Virus genome (UHGV): UHGV-1635749
Origin: a virus
Length of the DNA: 15,654 nt
Direction: 5' to 3' (one strand)
The notes under the pieces are model-generated. The model worked only from the letters and a program-made list of their open reading frames with translations. It ran no database searches and was not told the origin of the DNA. Position numbers and translations under genes: made by a program. Shown here piece after piece: positions 1 to 6,879 of this stretch. Each line of letters begins with the position of its first letter. Position 1 is the first letter of the stretch.

Positions 1-187
1 AGCTTCCAGACCACCAGTTCATCCCCCGGCTGCATAGTGGCGATCAGCCGTTTTAGAACCGGCCGATTCGATTTCCTCCCGCTGGCATGCTCTTCAAAAA
101 TTTTCTCACAACCCGCTGACTTGAGCGCCGTTAGTTGCAATTCAGTGTCCTGGTGGTTTGTTGATACTCGGGCATAACCGTAAATCA
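1..187 (-). CDS. Serine recombinase, DNA invertase family (Gin/Pin/Hin/Cin-like), N-terminal 62 aa; gene continues beyond left edge
   Basis: Reverse complement from ATG (plus 185-187) translates MIYGYARVSTNHQDTELQLTALKSAGCEKIFEEHASGRKSNRPVLKRLIATMQPGDELVVWKL. This matches the serine recombinase N-terminal catalytic region (GY-RVST with active-site Ser, GC--IF-E--SG, RP-L--L, GD-LVVWKL). AGGAGA lies 6 nt upstream of the ATG. Not in the ORF track because no stop lies inside the window. Confidence 0.8.
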
Positions 188-192
188 TGGGA

Positions 193-219
193 TTTCTCCT
201 GTTATGAAAACAGGAGAAA
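193..219. promoter_or_regulatory. 27-nt near-perfect palindrome (11-bp arms) overlapping the invertase Shine-Dalgarno sequence
   Basis: tttctcctgtt-atgaa-aacaggagaaa: positions 193-203 are the exact reverse complement of 209-219. The AGGAGA ribosome-binding site of the invertase sits in one arm. Candidate operator or RBS-sequestering hairpin. Confidence 0.35.
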
Positions 220-263
220 CGGCGAAGTATCGCCAGATTTTTGGGGGTTATAAAAAAGGTTCC

Positions 264-449
264 TTACTGAGTAGACACATCTGCCGGCTTAATGAATTTT
301 TTCCCATCATATAACCAGCCGATACCGACACCTCCTTCAGCCAGTACAGCAATGCCATCCGTTGGCTTCCACTCGGATTCCCCATCCCACACGGCGATAT
401 TGACGACAACACCGTTATTTACAACCGCATAAATTTTGTTTTCATTCAT
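264..449 (-). CDS. Small hypothetical protein (61 aa from ATG at 449) in the position usually held by a tail fiber assembly gene
   Basis: ORF MNENKIYAVVNNGVVVNIAVWDGESEWKPTDGIAVLAEGGVGIGWLYDGKKFIKPADVSTQ. Its ATG (447-449) overlaps the tail fiber stop TAA (449-451) by 1 nt. The track's longer form starts at GTG 464. No family recognised. Confidence 0.45.
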   Translation of the reverse strand: MNENKIYAVVNNGVVVNIAVWDGESEWKPTDGIAVLAEGGVGIGWLYDGKKFIKPADVSTQ

Positions 450-1714
450 TACTGATACTCCCACACAATAATATAACCCTGATAACCGTCATTACCTCTG
501 GACGTTGCACTGTTTGCCGGACTGTATTTACCCGTTCCGCCTTTTCCATAAACGCCAATCATGGTCGAAACTGTGCTTTCGAGTCCGACTGCCATATCAT
601 CACCAAGACCAAAAGCTGCACATGACGGGGAGTGAGAAGCAGAGTGAAACAGAAGTCCGGCCCCTGTTGGTGGTGAAGCTTCGGCGGCACTGCCACCTGA
701 GAACGGAGGAACCTGCTGACGTTGTTGTGAGCCTTTGCCGCCCGGACAAACGAGTAATGAACCAAAACTTGTCTGACCGCCATCTCCACCAGAACCACCA
801 GGCCCCGCACCGCCCACACCACCGGCGCCAATCGTTACAGGTACAGATTCAGGAATATCCTGATAATAAAAAGCCTTTCCGTAGGCTCCAGGAGAACCAG
901 CTGCGCTGATGCCACAGTTATTTGAGGCTGTTGCTGATAAATTGCCACTGGCACCACCACCGCCAACGGCTTCCACTATAATTTTCGTTACACCGGGTGA
1001 TTTGTAGTACATCCCAGAAGTACCGAATACCTGCACTCCAAGTAAACGTCCTGAGCCGTCCCCCAGTGTCAGATACTGAAGCATATCAGGAACATTTTCT
1101 TTACTGATAAATTGACGGCCAGCGAGCGTCAGCGCTGATACTGCCGGAACATTTTTACCAGAAAAAAACAGAACCTGATCAGCGTCAGTTTGCGGCCCCA
1201 GCGTGGAAAGTTTTGTCAGCGTATCGCTGAGGGGTTGTTTGTTTTTTAGCGCTTCTATAAGACCAAGGTATGTGAGAATGTCAGCAATAGTCTTTTTCCC
1301 AATAATGTCACGGCCAACAGAAGTTAAATCAGTCTGTGATGCTGTATCAGTTCCAGTGAAATACGGGAGTTTATTTGCACCGGTTGCGAGCCCAGCCAAT
1401 GCCGTCAGCGTGGCATCAAGCGCCTGGAAATCTTTCCCGAAAGCGGTCCCCATTTTGGATATAAACCCGTTCAGGTCTCCATCATCAAGCACATCCAGCC
1501 CGCTTTTGTTGGCGGTGTACTGCGCCAACGCTGCCGCGATAAAGCTGGCTTGCCGAATAGCTTTGTTGACCTGTGCGCTGGATGCTTTACCTGCCGTAAA
1601 CCCTGAAAGCAGAGCCGGAAGTGCTTCCCAGTCAGCTTGTGAGGTGACGTTAGCGTTCGGATCAAGCGCGAAAGGTTTAAAGTTGTTTATTGCCATTAGA
1701 GTATTGTCCCCCAT
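449..1714 (-). CDS. Tail fiber protein (421 aa; alternative ATG at 1696 gives 415 aa)
   Basis: Residues about 95-153 (nt about 1256-1432), ATLTALAGLATGANKLPYFTGTDTASQTDLTSVGRDIIGKKT...YLGL, match the conserved segment I recall in P2 gpH / Mu S / P1 S-type tail fibers. Gly-rich C-terminal half. Follows the gpI-like gene as in P2 (V-W-J-I-H). The ATG at 1696 overlaps the upstream stop by 1 nt. Confidence 0.85.
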   Translation of the reverse strand: MGDNTLMAINNFKPFALDPNANVTSQADWEALPALLSGFTAGKASSAQVNKAIRQASFIAAALAQYTANKSGLDVLDDGDLNGFISKMGTAFGKDFQALDATLTALAGLATGANKLPYFTGTDTASQTDLTSVGRDIIGKKTIADILTYLGLIEALKNKQPLSDTLTKLSTLGPQTDADQVLFFSGKNVPAVSALTLAGRQFISKENVPDMLQYLTLGDGSGRLLGVQVFGTSGMYYKSPGVTKIIVEAVGGGGASGNLSATASNNCGISAAGSPGAYGKAFYYQDIPESVPVTIGAGGVGGAGPGGSGGDGGQTSFGSLLVCPGGKGSQQRQQVPPFSGGSAAEASPPTGAGLLFHSASHSPSCAAFGLGDDMAVGLESTVSTMIGVYGKGGTGKYSPANSATSRGNDGYQGYIIVWEYQ

Positions 1715-2376
1715 GCTCCAACATCGAACCCGCCGATGTATTCGTTATCCATATCAAACCCAAAGAATTTAGAGCCTTCTGACGGTGTTTCTACCGAAGG
1801 CGTTTCAACATCACCGGCCCATACGCCAGCTGATTTAACGGTGAGATAGCCATGTTTGATAGCGGCGATCAGTTCGAGAGACACATCAGAAATATCAGTT
1901 TCAGGGAAAACCCAGACCGAAATCGTCATGTCCTGGTTGTCGACGATCTGCATCCTCAGGCCTGAGCCTGCGGTAGCAGCGTCAAGGATGGGAGGCAGAG
2001 AGTCGTTCCGACCGTCCCAGTTGTTGATAGCGATTTTCGCTTTCAGAATGATGCGGTACGTCTCATCGCTTAGCGTCGTATAGCCAGAATCAGGATCATA
2101 TGGCCCTTGCCAGATGCCCTGGTCATACCCAAGCCCGTCAGTGTCCCAGCTGAAATAAACTCCGCTAATTGGCTGGCTGACTATGCGACTGCGTCCGATC
2201 CACAGACCGAGGATGTCGAGCTGTACACCGACAGCAGTATCGATATCGAAGGCTGTTACAAGCCCTGACATAGTGCTGGACACATCAATCAGCGGGCGGG
2301 TGCTCAGATCTATATGGTCAAAAAAGAGTGGCTTGGTAGCGTGGTAGTTAGTGATCAGTTCGGTGTATTTGCTCAT
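1696..2376 (-). CDS. Baseplate/tail protein, P2 gpI-like (226 aa)
   Basis: Assigned by size and synteny (between the J-like gene and the tail fiber). Its start overlaps the J-like stop (2373-2376). Confidence 0.55.
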   Translation of the reverse strand: MSKYTELITNYHATKPLFFDHIDLSTRPLIDVSSTMSGLVTAFDIDTAVGVQLDILGLWIGRSRIVSQPISGVYFSWDTDGLGYDQGIWQGPYDPDSGYTTLSDETYRIILKAKIAINNWDGRNDSLPPILDAATAGSGLRMQIVDNQDMTISVWVFPETDISDVSLELIAAIKHGYLTVKSAGVWAGDVETPSVETPSEGSKFFGFDMDNEYIGGFDVGAWGTIL

Positions 2377-3572
2377 GAGGTCACCGTGATACTGATATTC
2401 GCGGTGCTACAGGACGCTGAAGCATCATAGGCAATATCAATGTTTGATGCCGATACGCTGCCAGACGACTTACCGATCAGCAGGTCGGTAATATCGTAAT
2501 AGCGGGCATTTCCGCCGCTCACAACGCCGAGGTTTGCCGGGGAATAAATACGGCTCAGCAGAACGTCGTCGCCAATTGTTAGGCCATTTATATAATCGGC
2601 AACAGCCTGTTTAATCTGCTCGCCGATTTGAGAGGTATAGCCGGTAAAAACTTTCAGGGTAATGGCTACGAAAATTGGCACATCGGTAGAGCGCGAAAAA
2701 CTGATGACGTGAGGATTACCATAAGTATCCGGCACTGTGACAGAAGTTTTACCGTAAGTTGCGGTTCCCTGCCCTTTATTCCCCCTGATGGTCTGGGCTA
2801 TCTCGGTAACATCCCCTCCATCGACGATGGCGGAAATAGAGTGTGGCGGCAGCCCGTTGCTGTCGGTTGCCCCAGTGTCGTTCTCATATAGTTTGTGACG
2901 TGTCACGCCAGCAACATTAGCGATAGCACCGTCGACACCTTCAAACGGTGTGATCGATGGTAGCGCGACGCTTTGCCCCTGCCGAATGCGCAGCTCTGCG
3001 TCGGTTTCGGCTGGTGAACCGACAGTAGCCGCAACTGGATTGGTTACCGACACCCAACCTCGGGTCGGGGTGTTGATAGTGGTAATAGTCCCGGCCAGCG
3101 CCGCAACCGAACCGCTATTCGCACATGTGGCCGTCACCAGCACAGTACCATCAACGCCGATCGCCACACTCGCTGGAAAATTCCAGATAATGCCGTTTTT
3201 ATCCCGTGCGGAGCCATTCGTGATAGTCGTGCCTGCCGTACCGGTTAACAGAAGGTCAGCAGTAGAGTTTGTCGCTACTTTTCGCGTGATCCCGTTAATT
3301 TTCACATTGTTGCTAAGCGCTGCGGCCTGCGCTGTCGTCGGTGAAAAAGAGTTGTAGATCTCGATAGCGGTATTGTTAGCGTCATGCACCGCAAGAGCCA
3401 CCAGCGCGACCATTTGCCCATCTTTGCTGTCTGGTTCGAGGTAGGCATCACTACCGTAAATCTGCCTGAAATAGCTGGTCAGTGTATCGAGGATTGTCTG
3501 GTAATCAGGCGCACTAATCCCCTGGGCGGTTACCGTTGCCGATAGCCCCAGCGTGTCGAGGTTCAAAGCCAT
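2373..3572 (-). CDS. Baseplate J-like protein (399 aa)
   Basis: Position directly after the gpW-like gene and before the gpI-like gene. Size is compatible with Baseplate_J-family wedge proteins. Assigned by synteny only. Confidence 0.65.
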   Translation of the reverse strand: MALNLDTLGLSATVTAQGISAPDYQTILDTLTSYFRQIYGSDAYLEPDSKDGQMVALVALAVHDANNTAIEIYNSFSPTTAQAAALSNNVKINGITRKVATNSTADLLLTGTAGTTITNGSARDKNGIIWNFPASVAIGVDGTVLVTATCANSGSVAALAGTITTINTPTRGWVSVTNPVAATVGSPAETDAELRIRQGQSVALPSITPFEGVDGAIANVAGVTRHKLYENDTGATDSNGLPPHSISAIVDGGDVTEIAQTIRGNKGQGTATYGKTSVTVPDTYGNPHVISFSRSTDVPIFVAITLKVFTGYTSQIGEQIKQAVADYINGLTIGDDVLLSRIYSPANLGVVSGGNARYYDITDLLIGKSSGSVSASNIDIAYDASASCSTANISITVTS

Positions 3573-3926
3573 TTATGCCTCGCTTGTTACAGTCGTCTGG
3601 CCGTAGATTGTGTCAATGGAGGAAGTGAAAGTGACGCGGCGGCTGGTGCCGTCATAATTGGTATCGAAGGAAAGAATCGACAGAACGCCCGGTGTATCCT
3701 GTATGCGTTCGCGTATAGCCAGGATGTAGACATCTGATCGCTGCTTCCCAAGCACTGACTGAACATACGGCGTGCCTTCCGTCAGATCGAGAAACCACTG
3801 ACCGCGCCACAGCTCGAAACGGGTTTTTACGGCCTGGGCGACACATTCCGGACTGTCGATAAGGAAAGTATCGTCACCCTGGCCGAAAGTGTAATCGCCT
3901 TCAGTATCTTCGCGACGGTATCGCAT
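3573..3926 (-). CDS. Baseplate wedge protein, gpW/gp25-like (117 aa)
   Basis: About 115-aa ORF sandwiched between the spike and the J-like gene, the canonical gpW position. Its start overlaps the spike stop. Confidence 0.6.
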   Translation of the reverse strand: MRYRREDTEGDYTFGQGDDTFLIDSPECVAQAVKTRFELWRGQWFLDLTEGTPYVQSVLGKQRSDVYILAIRERIQDTPGVLSILSFDTNYDGTSRRVTFTSSIDTIYGQTTVTSEA

Positions 3927-4666
3927 TATTGCGGCCCTCCAGTAGTTCCCCCGCCTGTCTGAACTCCGCCATGTTTATGCGTGGCGACACTTATACCTGA
4001 AGCTGTCACATCATTCGTTACCGTAACCGGCCCAAGCATCGTCGCAGTACCACCACTTTCTCCCATTCCCTGAGACAGGTTACCGTTAATCGTTACGTAG
4101 CCGTTCAGCGTGATAGTCGGGGATGTGATTGTCGTTCCACCTTCAGCCGTAGCCGTAAGCTGGCCCGGCGTTTTAATGGTGATGTTATGTCCTGCAGCGA
4201 CCTCTACGAACGCCGCGCCATCATCGGTTCGCAGCTGCGCGGCGCTGGTACTGATACCGCTGATTTTCTGTGCTTGCGACTGCGGGCCAACGATGGCGAA
4301 CGCATCAGATAAGTCATGCTGGCGCGGGTCGACGGTCTCCTGAACGCCGCCGCTCTGCCACCAAAAATCGATGCAACGGTCAGCAAAAATCAGGAGGCAC
4401 TCGTCGCCTTCTTTTACCGGAAAGGTCAGCGTGCAACCGCCGCCGCGCGGGAAGATGACCGGCACATCCACCAGCGGTTTTAATTCGGTGGAGTCGTCGC
4501 CAACAATACCGCGAAGCGCCACTTCTACTGTGCAGGTTACAGCGTCAGGATCGAACGACTGAATGATGCCAGGCATCGCCACGCGCATTTGGGTAGACAC
4601 TGAATCGGCAATGGCCTGGGCGGTCTGCTGCTCGCCGCCGATCTGTGATTGAGTTGGAATTGGCAT
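3926..4666 (-). CDS. Baseplate central spike, P2 gpV-like (246 aa from ATG at 4666)
   Basis: The C-terminus ...SVATHKHGGVQTGGGTTGGPQ resembles the P2 gpV C-terminal HTHKH...GGTTGSP motif as I recall it. The ATG at 4664-4666 follows the terminator T-tract with GGGG upstream. The track's longer ORF (to 4840) would read through the terminator and the cassette's 3' end. Confidence 0.75.
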   Translation of the reverse strand: MPIPTQSQIGGEQQTAQAIADSVSTQMRVAMPGIIQSFDPDAVTCTVEVALRGIVGDDSTELKPLVDVPVIFPRGGGCTLTFPVKEGDECLLIFADRCIDFWWQSGGVQETVDPRQHDLSDAFAIVGPQSQAQKISGISTSAAQLRTDDGAAFVEVAAGHNITIKTPGQLTATAEGGTTITSPTITLNGYVTINGNLSQGMGESGGTATMLGPVTVTNDVTASGISVATHKHGGVQTGGGTTGGPQ

Positions 4667-4675
4667 AAAAACCCC

Positions 4676-4702
4676 ATAAAAAAACCCGCTCGGTGGCGGG
4701 TT
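4676..4702 (-). terminator. Rho-independent terminator closing the AT-rich cassette
   Basis: On the minus strand: AACCCGC-CACCGA-GCGGGTT (7-bp stem, 5 GC pairs) followed by UUUUUAUGGGGUUUUU. The stem overlaps the stop codon of the 145-aa ORF; the U-tract runs straight into the spike ATG. Confidence 0.55.
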
Positions 4703-5138
4703 ATAATTTTGCTTCTGGATAACATCTACAGCGACCATCAGGACAACACTTTCCCTCTCCGGGATGACCACTTTTAGGCGGCTTACTCCACGAAAATGTT
4801 TTCCCATTATTTTTAGCGCATTCTGCACACTCGTCACCATCCTCGCAGGAGCGCCAAATATAACGTTTAATACCCAAGCGAGATTGCTTTATCCTCTCTG
4901 CCTCAGAGTGACGACGGCTATTTTCGGCGAGGTGTTCAGCATAGCGCGCGTTATCCTTCTCAATTTCTTCTTTACTTCGCCGCTTCCCATTTGCTGGCTT
5001 TGATTTTTGGTAAGCAACCCGTTTATTTCGATTGTATGATTTAATAATTTCGTCTTCATTTCTACGCTTTTTAAATTTTAAATATTTAACAAATGCAAAA
5101 ACAATTACGAATAAAATAATAATATATGCAGGTTCCAT
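4701..5138 (-). CDS. Membrane-anchored, basic, Cys-rich hypothetical protein (145 aa) in the AT-rich cassette
   Basis: N-terminal hydrophobic helix AYIIILFVIVFAFVKYL followed by KFKKRR (positive-inside). Lys/Arg/Glu-rich middle. C-terminal CEDGDECAEC...GKTF...HPGEGKCCPDGRCRC putative metal-binding motif. ATG overlaps the upstream stop (TAATG at 5136-5140). Strongly AT-rich codons. Confidence 0.55.
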   Translation of the reverse strand: MEPAYIIILFVIVFAFVKYLKFKKRRNEDEIIKSYNRNKRVAYQKSKPANGKRRSKEEIEKDNARYAEHLAENSRRHSEAERIKQSRLGIKRYIWRSCEDGDECAECAKNNGKTFSWSKPPKSGHPGEGKCCPDGRCRCYPEAKL

Positions 5139-5506
5139 TATTTAACCTTTACGCAATCATAAGTTGCATATTGTCTTGGTGCATCCATGCTGGCTTGCAG
5201 CCACTGAGCATTGAGGATAGCTTTTCCGTTTCGCTTGATGTACTCAAGACCAACCCATCGCCCCGGTTGGTTTGTAGCCATACGCCAATCCATTTTTATA
5301 TTTTCGTAGTCTTCTTTTTGTTTCAGAAATGTCAATTTCTGATACTCGGGCTTTGCTCCATTTATGCGAGGAAAGCCGTCATTAGTACCACTCGTTGAGA
5401 AAGTGAAATCACCGCACTTCATATAGACTTTTCCTGCTGCATTTGCACCGGCAGCAGCTGTTAAGCAAATTAAGCCAGAAAATATTCCTGAGATTATCCT
5501 TTTCAT
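5138..5506 (-). CDS. Secreted (Sec signal peptide) hypothetical protein (122 aa) in the AT-rich cassette
   Basis: N-terminus MKRIISGIFSGLICLTAAAGANA-AGK has a basic n-region, hydrophobic core and ANA-A cleavage-type site, with no canonical lipobox. Two Cys in the mature part. ATG (5504-5506) overlaps the hub stop TAA (5506-5508). Confidence 0.6.
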   Translation of the reverse strand: MKRIISGIFSGLICLTAAAGANAAGKVYMKCGDFTFSTSGTNDGFPRINGAKPEYQKLTFLKQKEDYENIKMDWRMATNQPGRWVGLEYIKRNGKAILNAQWLQASMDAPRQYATYDCVKVK

Positions 5507-6570
5507 TAGGCACCCGTTTTCATCAAAGTCGAATCATTAATCAGGGTAGAAGCTCCACGCGCAAAACACATCAAATCCATGTACCACGCTTGACCTCTAG
5601 TGTCACCAGTATAGTCGATAGCCTTGACGATATAAACGCCATCTGTCGCAATGCTGGCAGCCTGTGACGTCGTGCCGGTCAGCACACGGTTGCCGTTCTC
5701 TTCTGTTTCGGTGATACGCCCGGGCGACTGTGCGATTTCGCTATTGCCGAGCGCGGCGCGGTACACCGAAGCCTGATCGAGCTGGATAAGACCATTAATG
5801 CGGATGTTCGGGTTTATCAGGCACCGCACGTTTACGCCGCCGCCCATCGTCTGTTGCGGCATACCGATCAGGCCAGTATCAGCATTCAACACAATGGCTT
5901 CGTGAATATATTTATCCTCCGGCACCATCTGGACATGACCATCCACCAGTTGCCATGTCGCTTTGCACTGCGCAGCAATATTATCCATCACGTTGCGGCT
6001 GGATGAGTAAATCGCGCGGCCACGAGGAAACACGGTATCAGGAAAATCGCCGGTAATGCCCTGTGTCACGCCGAACGCGTTGAAATCCTGCATCGTCGCC
6101 CGGTGCAGATCCGCAACGGTATAGCCAGCGGCAAGCGTGGTGATGGTAGTCGCGTAGAGGAACGCTTCGTGGTTACTGATGGCCTGAATCAGCACCCAGG
6201 AATCCGTAATGTTGTCCTTCCCGGTGACGGTGAAGCGAATATCACCGTCAAATATCAGGCCGTAGTTCTGACCGTTCACCTGCCCTACCTGGTCTGGTGA
6301 AATCTCCCGGGCGACACCAACCTGGCTCGCATCAACATCCGGCGCAATACCGTCATACCCGGCAATGATGCGAATTTTTGCAAACTCCTGCCCCAGTATC
6401 TTGTTCGTGGTATCGGTCGAAAGGTTGTAAATTTTCACGTTTGCCACGCGCGGCCAGCGTGTATCTGCCCACTCGATCTGGAACGTGACCTTAAAATCAG
6501 ACAGGGAAATACCCTGCCCGTTCTGGTCCAACAGCTGCAACTCAAAATGGCGCATCCAGTTAAGAGACAT
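5506..6570 (-). CDS. Putative baseplate hub protein (P2 gpD / Mu gpP position; 354 aa)
   Basis: Size and position downstream of the tape measure gene and upstream of the spike/wedge genes. AGGAG 6 nt upstream of the ATG at 6570. Assigned by synteny only. Confidence 0.5.
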   Translation of the reverse strand: MSLNWMRHFELQLLDQNGQGISLSDFKVTFQIEWADTRWPRVANVKIYNLSTDTTNKILGQEFAKIRIIAGYDGIAPDVDASQVGVAREISPDQVGQVNGQNYGLIFDGDIRFTVTGKDNITDSWVLIQAISNHEAFLYATTITTLAAGYTVADLHRATMQDFNAFGVTQGITGDFPDTVFPRGRAIYSSSRNVMDNIAAQCKATWQLVDGHVQMVPEDKYIHEAIVLNADTGLIGMPQQTMGGGVNVRCLINPNIRINGLIQLDQASVYRAALGNSEIAQSPGRITETEENGNRVLTGTTSQAASIATDGVYIVKAIDYTGDTRGQAWYMDLMCFARGASTLINDSTLMKTGA

Positions 6571-6572
6571 TT

Positions 6573-6878
6573 CTACTCCTGCACGAAAATGAGGTGGCTG
6601 TATGTGCCGAGGTTGGTTTTGGTGGGCTCGTCTGGTGCGCCCTTATCGGTCGCCACCACCAGCGCACCATCAATGCCAAGCTGTGGAAATTGTCGTAAAA
6701 GGTTCACGCCGGTCAGTAGAGGTACGCCAGAGAGAAGCGCGGCACCGCCGCTATCCATCACGTCCATAATCCAACCAGCCGCATCGCGCCAGATGATCCT
6801 GAGCGTATACGTAGTATTGCCCAGCAAAACGCGGAACTGCTGATTGTCAGGAGAAAGCGGTATTTCGTTAAACTGCAT
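6573..6878 (-). CDS. Hypothetical tail protein (101 aa)
   Basis: ATG at 6878 with GGGGGA upstream, 1 nt after the preceding stop. Lies between the tape measure and hub genes. No family recognised. Confidence 0.5.
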   Translation of the reverse strand: MQFNEIPLSPDNQQFRVLLGNTTYTLRIIWRDAAGWIMDVMDSGGAALLSGVPLLTGVNLLRQFPQLGIDGALVVATDKGAPDEPTKTNLGTYSHLIFVQE

Positions 6879-6879
6879 A

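Noticed and set aside
247-885. Possible gix/hix-like crossover half-sites (ttataaaaaaggttcctta at about 247-270; ataataaaaagcctttccgta at about 862-885)
   Set aside because: Only loose resemblance to the TTATCAAAAACC half-site consensus as I recall it, and no convincing 26-bp inverted-repeat pair. Cannot be supported without alignment or experiment.
505-909. Plus-strand ORF (134 aa, His/Arg/Gln-rich) inside the tail fiber gene
   Set aside because: Antisense shadow of the GC-rich, Gly-rich fiber coding region. Low-complexity translation, no ribosome-binding site, and the minus-strand gene is supported by a conserved fiber motif.
640-960. Gly-rich stretch of the tail fiber as a collagen-like repeat or separate gene
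   Set aside because: No regular G-X-Y periodicity, and it is continuous in frame with the fiber ORF.
1203-1772. Plus-strand ORF (189 aa) spanning the fiber/gpI-like junction
   Set aside because: Antisense to two well-supported, translationally coupled minus-strand genes. No start context.
3926-4840. Longer 304-aa version of the spike ORF from the track
   Set aside because: The extra 58 N-terminal codons would read through the intrinsic terminator and the AT-rich 3' end of the cassette gene in another frame. An ATG at 4666 right after the terminator fits the gpV-like protein.
4764-5398. Plus-strand ORFs (79 aa at 4764-5003 and 90 aa at 5126-5398) within the AT-rich cassette
   Set aside because: AT-rich DNA gives long antisense ORFs by chance. 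The minus-strand ORFs have a signal peptide, a transmembrane helix, overlapping stop/start junctions with the operon and a downstream terminator; the plus-strand ORFs have none of these.
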